Shown: one piece after another, positions 29,199 to 38,192 of the stretch | Layout of the letters: each line of letters opens with the position of its first letter | Numbering within the stretch: the first letter of the stretch is position 1 | Source of the DNA: a virus | Virus record (IMG/VR): IMGVR_UViG_3300013306_000002 | Coordinates: 18,647-82,646 of that record | DNA: 64,000 bases | Strand: one strand, 5' to 3' | Translations under genes and position numbers: made by a program | Notes under the pieces: generated by a model | What the model was told of the DNA's origin: nothing | Databases searched by the model: none | What the model saw: the letters and a program-made list of their open reading frames with translations, nothing else

Positions 29199-30055
29199 CA
29201 CCCCTCCTCCTTCCTGAAGGTATACGCCCACACCCAGGGGTTCTGGTCCCAGGGCGACGGGCCCGGCTTGAGATTCCAATTCGGACCGGTGTGGATGCAG
29301 TTCCACGCATTCGCGAACGCGTCTCGGGGACCGCGGAGGCACTCCTCGTCGTTATTCGATGGCCCGTAGTGCCAACCTGCCCGTTGCTCTCGGTACTGGT
29401 CGCGGCCGTAGTTAGTGAACGTCACGCCCTCCGCAATGGCGTCCTCATCGGTGATGTCCTGCAGGTGCATCAGCCGAGCTTGAATAGGGATGAGGTTGGT
29501 GCGCGATGCCCAACGCGGCATGAAGATCCCGGGGCGCCAGTGGTCGCCGTATTTTCCGTTGTCGTGCGCAACGACCCACTGCCCTGCGCCTCTCTGGCTG
29601 TTCTCGATCCGCACGAACGCGCCGTCAAAGAAGCGAACGCCGTCGGTCCCGTCCTTGAGTTCCTCCGCACGCCATCTCTCGCGCACCCACAGCCGCTGCT
29701 CGCCGACCGGAGTGATAGTCCAGACCTTCTTGTCGTTGCCGTGGTCCGCGAGGTGCGTTGTGCCATCCACCAGCGGGCACCGGAAGTGGAACTCGCCGGT
29801 CTTCAGCCCGAGAGATTCGCCGGTCTTCAGGATCAGGAACACCGCGCCCTGAGGGTTCAGGCGAACTCGATACCGGCCCTTCTGGGCGACCCGGCGTTCG
29901 CTCGCGGGCATCTCGTACCAAAGGTCAGACCGCACTGTTGCTGGCAGGTCGACGCTCAGGTGATCCAGATCCACGACCCGCCGAGTCTGGGTCTTGGTGC
30001 CATCCATCACCATCGGGATGGATGGGCCAGTGAACAGGATGGGGCGCTCCTTCAC
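29198..30055 (-). CDS. ASCH/PUA-like phage protein
   Basis: KERPILF......GTKTQTRR, LWVRE.W, WRPGIFMPRWASR, LQDITDEDAIAEG, W..NPWVW. Confidence 0.85.
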   Translation of the reverse strand: MKERPILFTGPSIPMVMDGTKTQTRRVVDLDHLSVDLPATVRSDLWYEMPASERRVAQKGRYRVRLNPQGAVFLILKTGESLGLKTGEFHFRCPLVDGTTHLADHGNDKKVWTITPVGEQRLWVRERWRAEELKDGTDGVRFFDGAFVRIENSQRGAGQWVVAHDNGKYGDHWRPGIFMPRWASRTNLIPIQARLMHLQDITDEDAIAEGVTFTNYGRDQYREQRAGWHYGPSNNDEECLRGPRDAFANAWNCIHTGPNWNLKPGPSPWDQNPWVWAYTFRKEEG

Positions 30056-30420
30056 GGCCCCGCCAACTCCTCGGCCACGACCGAGAAGAACGCCCAGCGG
30101 TCATCATCGGGCACCCCGTGGACGTTCTTGCGTCGCCAGTGCCTATTGTTGAACTCGCGCTGCAAACGTCGCGCGACGCGCTGGGCGTCGGAGAGTTCCA
30201 GGTCTGCGCATAGGTCGTTCAAACTTAGGCCCGAAGGGACATATCGCGCCAGCGCTGCGCTGCGATCGGCGTCGCTGACCTCGACGGTGTGCGATCCGGC
30301 GTACCACTTACCCGTCCACATCTCGTGGTCGGTTCCCGGATCGTCGATGTCGGCCTTCCAGTCGTCGGGCCACCGGGAACGCTCCTTCTGCAGTTCCACG
30401 ATGCTTGGCTTATCGCTCAT
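30052..30420 (-). CDS. Hypothetical protein
   Basis: GGAG RBS, ATGA overlap. Confidence 0.55.
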   Translation of the reverse strand: MSDKPSIVELQKERSRWPDDWKADIDDPGTDHEMWTGKWYAGSHTVEVSDADRSAALARYVPSGLSLNDLCADLELSDAQRVARRLQREFNNRHWRRKNVHGVPDDDRWAFFSVVAEELAGP

Positions 30421-30923
30421 GATCTCCCCCATGTGGTCCATCTCGTCAGGTGCGCAAAGACCTTGGTGAACCTCTCCGGCCTGGGTCCGAAGTAGGTCAG
30501 CGCCGGCTCGAACCGGCAACTCATGCGCTTCTGCCCGGCCTGGTCGGCGAACGGATCCAGGAACGCGATCCGCTTGAGCGCCAGGATGCGCGGGTTGCGT
30601 CTGGGCTTCATGCACATGTCCGCCCACCACTTCGCCGACGTCGAAAACATCGACAGCCGGATGTGCTCTCGCACGTTGCCGGTGGCGAGCTCGGCCAGCA
30701 TCTTGGCGGTCCATGTATCCGCCTGGGAATACGGGTCATTCTGGTACCCGGTACGCTTGGGCGTCCGCCAGGGCGCGACCAGCCCACCCGAGGTCAGGGC
30801 CACGACCGCCCGGATGATGGAGCGGTTATTCGAGCAAGGGTCGATGCCCACCTGTCCCCCGAAGAACTCCTCGAGCGGATCGGCGATCGCGGGCGGCGAG
30901 CACCACCAGTCGGACGTGGCCAT
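30417..30923 (-). CDS. Phage Dam-like DNA N6-adenine methyltransferase
   Basis: SDWWCSPP, IDPCS, GGL..PW, QNDPYS (NPPY variant), TSAKWW, RIAF. Confidence 0.75.
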   Translation of the reverse strand: MATSDWWCSPPAIADPLEEFFGGQVGIDPCSNNRSIIRAVVALTSGGLVAPWRTPKRTGYQNDPYSQADTWTAKMLAELATGNVREHIRLSMFSTSAKWWADMCMKPRRNPRILALKRIAFLDPFADQAGQKRMSCRFEPALTYFGPRPERFTKVFAHLTRWTTWGRS

Positions 30924-31163
30924 CTACCGCATCTTTCCAGTGGCAAGTAGGTGGTTCAGCAAGGCCACCAGTCCCGGCATTACCCGGGCGTACATCTCGT
31001 TCTCGCTGAGGAGATCGCGACTTCGCGCCACCGCTGCCTCGCGCTCCTGCTCAAGCTCTCGGATTCGCTTCTGCAAAGGGAATTCAAGGCGCTCGAGCTG
31101 GTTACGTAGGTCCCGGTTGGCCTGCAGCGCGTCTGCCAACTGGTCGCGTCGTCTGGGTGGCAT
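30924..31163 (-). CDS. Small coiled-coil protein
   Basis: Heptad-like E/R/L pattern. Confidence 0.5.
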   Translation of the reverse strand: MPPRRRDQLADALQANRDLRNQLERLEFPLQKRIRELEQEREAAVARSRDLLSENEMYARVMPGLVALLNHLLATGKMR

Positions 31164-31174
31164 CTGAACTCGGT

Positions 31175-31248
31175 CGCGTCGTCGCGATGCTGATGAAGAA
31201 TCTTGGGGCGGAGCGAATTCTCCGCTTACCTAGTATCGCGACGACGCG
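31175..31248 (-). promoter_or_regulatory. Structured leader (17-bp outer stem plus inner hairpin)
   Basis: CGCGTCGTCGCGATGCT ... AGTATCGCGACGACGCG enclosing GCGGAG-cgaatt-CTCCGC. Confidence 0.55.
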
Positions 31249-31266
31249 TCTACGTTTGTAGCACAA

Positions 31267-31725
31267 TCAGTCCAAGTCCAGCAATGACATGCGAATGACC
31301 GTGGCGTCCCGCTGGTCCTCTGTCTGTGGGAGTTCGGGTGCGGACGTGTGCTTGACGAGCTCGGCGCGTGCAGCGTTCCGCTCGCGGATAGCGGCATCCC
31401 GTGCGACCTCAGCTTGGACTTGTCGGCTCACCGCCTCATCTCGCTCAAGCCCGGCGTTGTCGACCCGCTCGTCCGCCATGCGCGCTGCCTGTTCGGAGTT
31501 CAGCGCGCGCTGTCGCTCCTGTTGAAGCGCAACGGCCTGGCGCCGCTGGCTCTCCTGAGCCGATACCAGCTTGCTGCGCAAGTCTGCTAACTCTCGCTGG
31601 TATCGCTGGCCGATGGTCTCCTGGCCGGAGAACGCGCAGGATCGGTGCATCACCTCGGTCCCAAGCACCCGGACATCGTTGCCCGCAATGATGGACTGCA
31701 GGCAGATAGCGCAGGTCGCAGGCAT
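31267..31725 (-). CDS. Zinc-finger plus coiled-coil protein
   Basis: CAIC...HRSC, then coiled coil. Confidence 0.6.
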   Translation of the reverse strand: MPATCAICLQSIIAGNDVRVLGTEVMHRSCAFSGQETIGQRYQRELADLRSKLVSAQESQRRQAVALQQERQRALNSEQAARMADERVDNAGLERDEAVSRQVQAEVARDAAIRERNAARAELVKHTSAPELPQTEDQRDATVIRMSLLDLD

Positions 31726-31735
31726 GCCGATGGAT

Positions 31736-32308
31736 TCAGTGCTGCGTCGACCGCGCGATCATGATCCGCTCAACCGCGTCGCGGATCTCGACGAGCGTGT
31801 CGGGATCGGCCTCGGAGCACAGCGCTTGCACACACTCGACGATCATTACAGGCTCCCTGAGGTGCGGCAAAAGCTGAGTTACTAACGCGCCAATGACTTC
31901 CTGCCGAGGATGTTGACTAGTGACAAACCGAACTCGAATATCGGTTGCCGCCTCGCCGATAAAACTCGTTAGAATCGCCGGTACCGCAATGTTGAACTCG
32001 AGCCCGCTGAGCTTGATGGTCTCAGTTTCGTAACTCTCAATGAAGTCTTCGTGCTCCATCACATCCAGATCGAAAACAGGGATATCGCGTTCCTCGTCGC
32101 GCTCGCCGGCCCCATAGTCGGTGCGAACTACCCAGTCGCCAGTCTCCGCGAAGATCGGTTCTCCATCGGTGTGGATGACGAGCAGAGGGTCGCCGGCCGA
32201 CTTGACCGCGATCTCTCTCGTCCCAAACAGCGCCTGCAATTCCGGCGTGACCTCGCCTTTCCACTGCGCGGCGGTCACCTCGTGGGGGATGCTCCTGAAC
32301 CTGGGCAT
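31736..32308 (-). CDS. Phage hypothetical protein; N-domain paralogous to the N-terminus of the NADAR fusion
   Basis: FRSIPHEVTAAQW.G...TGDWVV...F.ESYE. Confidence 0.6.
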   Translation of the reverse strand: MPRFRSIPHEVTAAQWKGEVTPELQALFGTREIAVKSAGDPLLVIHTDGEPIFAETGDWVVRTDYGAGERDEERDIPVFDLDVMEHEDFIESYETETIKLSGLEFNIAVPAILTSFIGEAATDIRVRFVTSQHPRQEVIGALVTQLLPHLREPVMIVECVQALCSEADPDTLVEIRDAVERIMIARSTQH

Positions 32309-32485
32309 CAGCGAATGTCCTCGTCGCGGGTCCCGAGATGAAACCACGACGGGGTTCGCGGCGCGCGCATGAGGGTCGCCAGCGCTTGGCCAAAGAACCC
32401 GCCGATGGCCGCAGAGACTTCGCAGTCCCGCTTCAAGGACTCGAAGTCGACCGCTGGCGGATCGCGATCCGCGACTTGTTGGCGC

Positions 32486-33283
32486 TCACGTGTTGAGCGG
32501 TGAGGACGAGGCATGTTGTGAACTCCTTTCGTTCAGGGGCCGGATTTGAGCGCGGATCTCCATCCAGAGATGGCCTAGCATGTTCTGCCCGTCGCGGTTC
32601 GGTCCCCATCCCCAGAAGCTGTCGCGCCACGAGTCCTCGATGAGGATGCGGTCGCCGGTCTCGAGCAACTTCTTGCGCACGTACGAGTGCTGCTCGACCT
32701 TGGCGCGCAGGATGTCCCGCATGACATCAACCCGCATGTCGCCCCAAGTGGGGACCTTGAGGAGATCGTTGTTCTGGGCGATCTTGAACGCCTCGTGCGC
32801 GGAGCCGGCGTTGCGGATCTCGTCGCGAACCATGGCTCGCCGACCGTTGGTCTCCTCGTCGAAGAACTTCTCCCACTGGTAGGCGGCCTCGCTCGTATCA
32901 AACCGATGCCCTCGCCAGCGAAGCGTGAATGCGCTGAAGTTGCTCAGCACGTAGAACTCATTTCCGTAGAAACACACCTGATCAGCAGGTTCATAGATCG
33001 CCTCGAAAGCTTCGGCCGACCAGGAGGCGAACTGACCCTGCCTGTCCCGGGCGATCCACGAGCCGGCCGATACTGGCATCGGACCATGTTGCGTCGTCAC
33101 CATCGCGCACGGAGGCGTCTCGGTGTAGTCGAACTGACACAGAAGCTCCGAGCGACCAGCCGGAGCGTCCGGCCACGCGACCCGCACCTCGGCGCCAGCG
33201 AGCCATGTCGTGAGTTCTTCCACGTTCGCCCCGGTCCATCGGAACGCATCGACCACACTTGATTTTCTCTGAAACTTGGCCAT
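32486..33283 (-). CDS. NADAR (YbiA-like) domain protein with N-terminal phage domain
   Basis: LSNFS, FDTSEAAYQWEKF, W..MR.DVM..ILRAK..QH, LLETGDRILIEDSWRDSFWG.G....GQNMLG.LWME.R. Confidence 0.9.
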   Translation of the reverse strand: MAKFQRKSSVVDAFRWTGANVEELTTWLAGAEVRVAWPDAPAGRSELLCQFDYTETPPCAMVTTQHGPMPVSAGSWIARDRQGQFASWSAEAFEAIYEPADQVCFYGNEFYVLSNFSAFTLRWRGHRFDTSEAAYQWEKFFDEETNGRRAMVRDEIRNAGSAHEAFKIAQNNDLLKVPTWGDMRVDVMRDILRAKVEQHSYVRKKLLETGDRILIEDSWRDSFWGWGPNRDGQNMLGHLWMEIRAQIRPLNERSSQHASSSPLNT

Positions 33284-33302
33284 CTCGTGAACTCCTTTTC
33301 GC

Positions 33303-34391
33303 TCAGAACGAGTCTGCCATGGCCTTGGCCCGCACGTCTCGCAAGTCGAGCGTCCTTCGTGCCTTACTCACTTCGGCTACGATGTCGCACCCCACCAGCC
33401 AGCGGGCGCTCAGCCGCTGCCCTGAAATCGCGCTGTACTCGCGCAGGAGCGCGAGGTCGTCCATGGTCACCCGATCGGCGACCCAGACCGGGATCATCGC
33501 GCTGAGCGCGTTCTGGTGGCTCCTGTCGAATGCCGGGTCCCACCTGCCCTGGGACAGTTCCCGGATGATCTCCGCAGCGGTGAACGGAGGCACCAGCGCA
33601 AGCACGGGTCGCGCCCCTCTCCCCCCCTCCCCCTCTCCGGAAGAGATCAGATCCTCCGGGATCCGGGATCCGGGATCCGGGATCCTGTTGGTATCCGATA
33701 CGGTATCGGATACGGTTTCCGGAGCCCTGATTTCTTTCGGTTGACGCAAGATGGCAGAGTTATCCACAGATGGCTGTGGATTCTGTGAACAACCTGCTCC
33801 ATGCTGCGGAGCGATACCGTTTCCAGACCCCGAAGCAGTCGCAAAGAGAGATGGCTGAACGGAAGTCCCGGTGTCCGAATCGGCCAGACGTCGGACGCCG
33901 CGGCGCCGCGGTTGCGGGACCACGATGGTCGCGAACGTCTCCTGCCATGCGGACTGGTGATGCGAGCTCATGGTCTTGCCTGATGCCCGGGATCCTTCGT
34001 CGCAGATCCACGCAAGCAACTTCACATGGCTGTCGCGGACGGGGCACTGCGGCACCGTCCGGAACTTCGTCCACCACCCCAGGATCACCTTGCCGTTAGA
34101 TGGGTACTCGCCCGCATCGGGGAGTTCGCAGAGACGCAAGACGCGGAGTTTGGCATCGTATTCGACGAGTTCACGCTGGAGCAGCTTGTCGAGCGCGTCG
34201 ATGACATCGTCAGGCGGGAGGCGAGCAGCATCAGCCATCGATGGAATGCCGCCGTGCCAGAGCCCGGGAACATGCCGCTTGGCTTCAGCGGAGGTGTAGA
34301 GCGCCAACCACAGGACACGCGGCAACGGGGCTAGGTCGGTCCATGGCTCCCAGTCCCACAGCGAGGAACCCAGCCGGGTGAAGGCCGTCAT
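33303..34391 (-). CDS. Replication initiator (wHTH, lambda-O/DnaD-like)
   Basis: N-terminal RVLWLALYT...PGLW..G...MA...LDKL..RELVEYD winged helix; repetitive linker containing iterons and DnaA boxes. Confidence 0.75.
   Translation of the reverse strand: MTAFTRLGSSLWDWEPWTDLAPLPRVLWLALYTSAEAKRHVPGLWHGGIPSMADAARLPPDDVIDALDKLLQRELVEYDAKLRVLRLCELPDAGEYPSNGKVILGWWTKFRTVPQCPVRDSHVKLLAWICDEGSRASGKTMSSHHQSAWQETFATIVVPQPRRRGVRRLADSDTGTSVQPSLFATASGSGNGIAPQHGAGCSQNPQPSVDNSAILRQPKEIRAPETVSDTVSDTNRIPDPGSRIPEDLISSGEGEGGRGARPVLALVPPFTAAEIIRELSQGRWDPAFDRSHQNALSAMIPVWVADRVTMDDLALLREYSAISGQRLSARWLVGCDIVAEVSKARRTLDLRDVRAKAMADSF
33655..33792. other. Putative replication origin inside the initiator gene
   Basis: (TCCGGGA)x4 at 33655-33682; palindrome GTATCCGATAC-G-GTATCGGATAC at 33691-33713; perfect DnaA box TTATCCACA at 33760-33768 plus two degenerate inverted boxes. 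Confidence 0.7.
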
Positions 34392-34777
34392 TTCTTCCTC
34401 GGGCGATGCCGTCGCGACGCCACTCCCATGAGGCGTCCGTCGGGCGTCCGCTCGTTGAAAAGTCTGTTCTTGACGTCGGTGAGGTGCGAGATCTCGCCGT
34501 TTAGGCGAGTTATCGTCTCATTCATTCGCGCGAGGATCCGGTTCCCCTCGTCGATCTTGGCGTCGACCGCGCCCTCTTGTCGCTTTCGCCACGCGACCAG
34601 TTCTTCACGATACTCACACAGCTTCCTTATGTACCACCACGGATCAACAGCCTTCCCGCAATCATCGCAACTGAGTTCCGCTGCCTTGAATGAGACCGTG
34701 ACATTGTCATGGTCGCAGGTTTCCTGCTGCCGTCGACGCAGGCGTGGGATCAGATCGATGATCTTCGCTTCATCCAT
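34388..34777 (-). CDS. Zinc-finger plus coiled-coil protein
   Basis: CDH...LSCDDCGKAVDPWWY. Confidence 0.65.
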   Translation of the reverse strand: MDEAKIIDLIPRLRRRQQETCDHDNVTVSFKAAELSCDDCGKAVDPWWYIRKLCEYREELVAWRKRQEGAVDAKIDEGNRILARMNETITRLNGEISHLTDVKNRLFNERTPDGRLMGVASRRHRPRKK

Positions 34778-35039
34778 CGACCATGCCTCCAGTGCCCGGG
34801 GGCTCCGGAAAGTCGGCGCCCTCGACGGGCGCGTAGTACGTGCCGTCGAGCATCGCCAACCCTATTCCGAGGAGATCGTACCAGTAGATGAAGTAGGCCA
34901 GGACATGCAGGCGCCACATGGCAACCAACAGTACGCCACCCGCGACGTAGATCGTGCGTTCTCGTCACTGGTGGCGTGTTATGCGGCACGCTGGACAGCC
35001 GCACAGCACCACCTGTAGCGTGTCAGGTCGTCGACCACC

Positions 35040-35801
35040 CTACAAATCAACGACGGCAATGTGACCAGGATCCGTGATCACCCAGTGATCCCCGTCGGCG
35101 CGGTGGACGAGCCCTAGGTTTCCAGCGTGGATGTCGCCGAAAAAGATGTGCTGGGCGCGGTAGGTCTCAACGAGGCCATCGCCGAGCTCGCGCAGTTCTG
35201 GCACCTGAGTCTGTCTGGCCATCTGCTCGCACGTCTCCAGCCACGCCGCGATCGTACGACGCATTACCTCGTGCGGTCGTCCTCCCTGTCCAAGTCCATT
35301 GATTGCCTTGTAAGCCTCTTGTGCCGCGTCCCACTGCGTATTGATGAGCAACATGGCGCGATCACCTTGCCGTGAATTATCGGTGCGCTGGTCGAAGAAG
35401 ACATCGATCTGGCCGACGTAAGCCGCGCTTTCGCGCCAGAGCAAATAGACCTGCGCGCCCTTCTGATCCAGTGCGCCCTCGGGACGGATCGCCATGTAGT
35501 AGCGCACGCAGATCGGCCTTTCGAGCGTACCGGCCAACTCGGCGGCGAACTCCGCCTCGGTGTCGTCGGCCGTCATCTTCAAGACCACCTGGTCGTCGAG
35601 CGTCGGGAAGACGCATCCATACTTGCCGCACCCGTATTCTCGGACGCTCGCTTCTACGACCTCACCGTCGATGGGTACGATGTCCTGGAACCGGGGCAAC
35701 CATCGCGCAGGCACGCCCATGCCGCTGAGGGAATCGTACGTATCGGCGATGATCTTCGTGGCCCAGGGCGGATTGGGGACCATGCGAGAAGCGCGGGGCA
35801 T
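35040..35801 (-). CDS. Protein-kinase-like phosphotransferase
   Basis: GCGKYGCVF Gly loop, VLKMT lysine, TEAE alphaC Glu, DIHAGN catalytic loop, ITDPG. Confidence 0.8.
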   Translation of the reverse strand: MPRASRMVPNPPWATKIIADTYDSLSGMGVPARWLPRFQDIVPIDGEVVEASVREYGCGKYGCVFPTLDDQVVLKMTADDTEAEFAAELAGTLERPICVRYYMAIRPEGALDQKGAQVYLLWRESAAYVGQIDVFFDQRTDNSRQGDRAMLLINTQWDAAQEAYKAINGLGQGGRPHEVMRRTIAAWLETCEQMARQTQVPELRELGDGLVETYRAQHIFFGDIHAGNLGLVHRADGDHWVITDPGHIAVVDL

Positions 35802-35822
35802 GGTGGTATCCTACAGCGGACG

Positions 35823-36671
35823 ATGGAGATCACGGACGAAAACCTGGGCAAGTTCAAGGCGTGGCTCCTTGAGCGAGGGCGCACCGAAGGTACCGCCGAC
35901 GCCTACGTCACGAACCTCCGCAGTTGCGCGGGCGATCGCAAGGGGCTGACTCACCGCCTCGTCGCAGGCGATCTTTCACCCAACTCCCTCCGCACGAACC
36001 TCGCGGCACTGAGATCCTGGGCGGTCTTCATCGAAGATCCCAGGCTCAGCAAGCGCCTGGGAGACATCCGCTTGCCGCCAGCGCGCCGCATCCACACCAA
36101 ACAGCCCTTGGCGATCGATATCCTGCGGAAGCTGATCAAGCACCTACAAGTCTGCCGAATGCCTTCGGAAGCCATGCGTCAAGTCTTACTTATCATGGCC
36201 ATCCGAGGCTTCCGGTCGGGCGATGTCCTTCGTCTACGACGGACCGAGATCCAGCGCGCGCTTGACACCGGCAAGTTGGTTTACGAGGGGAAGGGCCGAA
36301 AGCGCCTGGAGTTCGCGGCACAGCCGTTCCGCACTCAACTCGAGGCCCTGATTCAGATCAGGGGCTGGGACCGGGTGAGGGATCTGATCGCGCACTCCCG
36401 AGATCCCAAGGTGGCCAGTGTCAAGGTTTGGCGCGCCGCGCGGCGCGCGGCGAACGAGGTCGGCGTTCCCGACATGAACCCCCACCGCTTCCGCCACACC
36501 TTCGCAACCCGCTATCTCGAGCAGCTGCGCGGAGATCCCAACGCGATCATCAAGCTCCAGAAGTACATGGGGTGGGAATCCATGAATACGGCCGCGCGCT
36601 ACGTGGATGCGGTGTCACAGGACGAACTCGATGCTATCGGGGCCGGGTTGGTGTCCGGGCTCTTGGACTGA
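35823..36671 (+). CDS. Tyrosine recombinase (Xer/integrase family)
   Basis: SAM-like N-domain (T...Y...L), GFRSGDV (R), GKG (K), HRFRHTFA (HxxR), MGW..MNT.ARY (W, Y). Confidence 0.92.
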   Translation: MEITDENLGKFKAWLLERGRTEGTADAYVTNLRSCAGDRKGLTHRLVAGDLSPNSLRTNLAALRSWAVFIEDPRLSKRLGDIRLPPARRIHTKQPLAIDILRKLIKHLQVCRMPSEAMRQVLLIMAIRGFRSGDVLRLRRTEIQRALDTGKLVYEGKGRKRLEFAAQPFRTQLEALIQIRGWDRVRDLIAHSRDPKVASVKVWRAARRAANEVGVPDMNPHRFRHTFATRYLEQLRGDPNAIIKLQKYMGWESMNTAARYVDAVSQDELDAIGAGLVSGLLD

Positions 36672-36900
36672 GGTTCTGGCACCACGCAGTCCTTCGTGGC
36701 CTCATCGACGATACTGGCCATCGACTGTCCGGTCTCCTCGCTGCGCTTCTGACCACTCCACTCCGTAAGCGCAAGAAGAACGCCGTGATCGAGCCGCTAC
36801 CCGTAGCGTGCAGCAAACCACTGCACCGCCATGCGAGACATGGATCTGACCGTCCGGATTGGGTACCCTGCAGGAGATGCCACCATCGAGATCTGCCGTG

Positions 36901-37248
36901 ATGAACGACGATCCACCACCCACCCAGGAGAAGTGGGTGGATCTGGATCCTCCCTTGCGCAACTCTGATCAACTCGTGGCCGTGTTTTCGCAATGTCGAT
37001 GGGACGGGAGGATCACGTTCGCGATCCACCGGGAGTTCGAGCGCTACGACTACAAGACCGGAGAGACCCACATTCTCAAGACCTCCTTCGTTCCGGAAAG
37101 TCTCACGGCCTCGTACGCGGCGATCTTGCAACTTGCGCTGCAGCACATCGAGAAGCTCAAGGGTGAGCGCCTCGCCGGAAAGCTACCCTACCCGGAGGGT
37201 GGGGTGGAATCAGAATCCAGGCGCCGCCGGCGTCGCCCGGCCGGATGA
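36901..37248 (+). CDS. Hypothetical protein
   Basis: ORF coupled (ATGA) to the phosphatase. Confidence 0.55.
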   Translation: MNDDPPPTQEKWVDLDPPLRNSDQLVAVFSQCRWDGRITFAIHREFERYDYKTGETHILKTSFVPESLTASYAAILQLALQHIEKLKGERLAGKLPYPEGGVESESRRRRRRPAG

Positions 37249-37832
37249 CTGGTTGTATCGCGCCCGGGGCGGGCAATCTGCGATGCCCGGAACCCCGGGA
37301 GCCCGGGAGCCTGTTCTGCAGGGCCCACGAGAACGCCCCTGCCCCGCAACGCGGCGGCTGGCTATCGGCTGAGCGCCGGAGACGCAAGATGGCGGCACAC
37401 CACGAGCAGCGACTCGACGCGTCTAACGTGGCCACTCGCCTGTGGGTGGGCGGCAGGCCACCATTTGACCGCGATCTGCCAGAGTTCGATGTCCTGGTGC
37501 TGTGCGCTCAGGAACTCCAGCCCCGCGAGCTCGCCTTCCACGGGCGCGTGCTGCGTTGCCCCATCCCCGATGGCACACTTGACCACCAGGAATTGACACG
37601 GGCCGTGCTCACGGCCAAGGATGTCGGCGATGAACTCCTGGCCGGTCGGCGTGTTTTTGTGACCTGTGCGATGGGCCTCAACCGATCGGCGCTCGTGGCC
37701 GCACTGGCACTGGCCCGCGCGACCAAAATGACCGCCCCGGAGATTATCGGGCGAATCCGCCAGCGTAGACATGCCACCGCACTCTACAACGCGCACTTTC
37801 AGGAGATCATCAAGCGCTTAGTGCGCCGATAG
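37245..37832 (+). CDS. Dual-specificity/tyrosine phosphatase with N-terminal CCCH zinc finger
   Basis: RLWVGG, PIPDG acid loop, VTCAMGLNRSA (CX5R). Confidence 0.9.
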   Translation: MTGCIAPGAGNLRCPEPREPGSLFCRAHENAPAPQRGGWLSAERRRRKMAAHHEQRLDASNVATRLWVGGRPPFDRDLPEFDVLVLCAQELQPRELAFHGRVLRCPIPDGTLDHQELTRAVLTAKDVGDELLAGRRVFVTCAMGLNRSALVAALALARATKMTAPEIIGRIRQRRHATALYNAHFQEIIKRLVRR

Positions 37833-37835
37833 TCT

Positions 37836-38192
37836 TTACGGGAAGGCGATGTTGGTGTTGTAGCTCGCCAGGAGCGTGTTCCCCTGGGATATCGAGATGC
37901 CACCGGTGCTCTGAAGGAAGCTGGCCATCCAGCAGAGGCCGTAGAGCGCCTTGGCCGCCTGAGTGAGTTGAGTGAGCGTGATGTTGACTGCGGGCAACTG
38001 GTTCGCGATCGCGGAGAGCACCGTCAACCAGTTACTGACCGGATGGGAGTCCGGCTGCGACTCCGGGAACAGCGGTAGATTCTGAGAGCAAAAAACGGTG
38101 AGTACGTTCTTGACCTGATTCGCAATCGACCGCAGTGCCAGGTTGTCATACGACTGCCCAGCTGCCGCCGCGAGGGAAGTTGCAAAGGTCAT
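37836..38192 (-). CDS. Putative virion protein
   Basis: Last gene of a coupled operon with the SLT gene. Confidence 0.55.
   Translation of the reverse strand: MTFATSLAAAAGQSYDNLALRSIANQVKNVLTVFCSQNLPLFPESQPDSHPVSNWLTVLSAIANQLPAVNITLTQLTQAAKALYGLCWMASFLQSTGGISISQGNTLLASYNTNIAFP

Noticed and set aside
31190-31230. Hammerhead ribozyme (CTGATGA next to stems)
   Set aside because: No GAAA in the required position after stem II and no stem III/UH site
36672-36900. attP next to the recombinase
   Set aside because: Only a weak hairpin; no tRNA-like core or clear arm repeats
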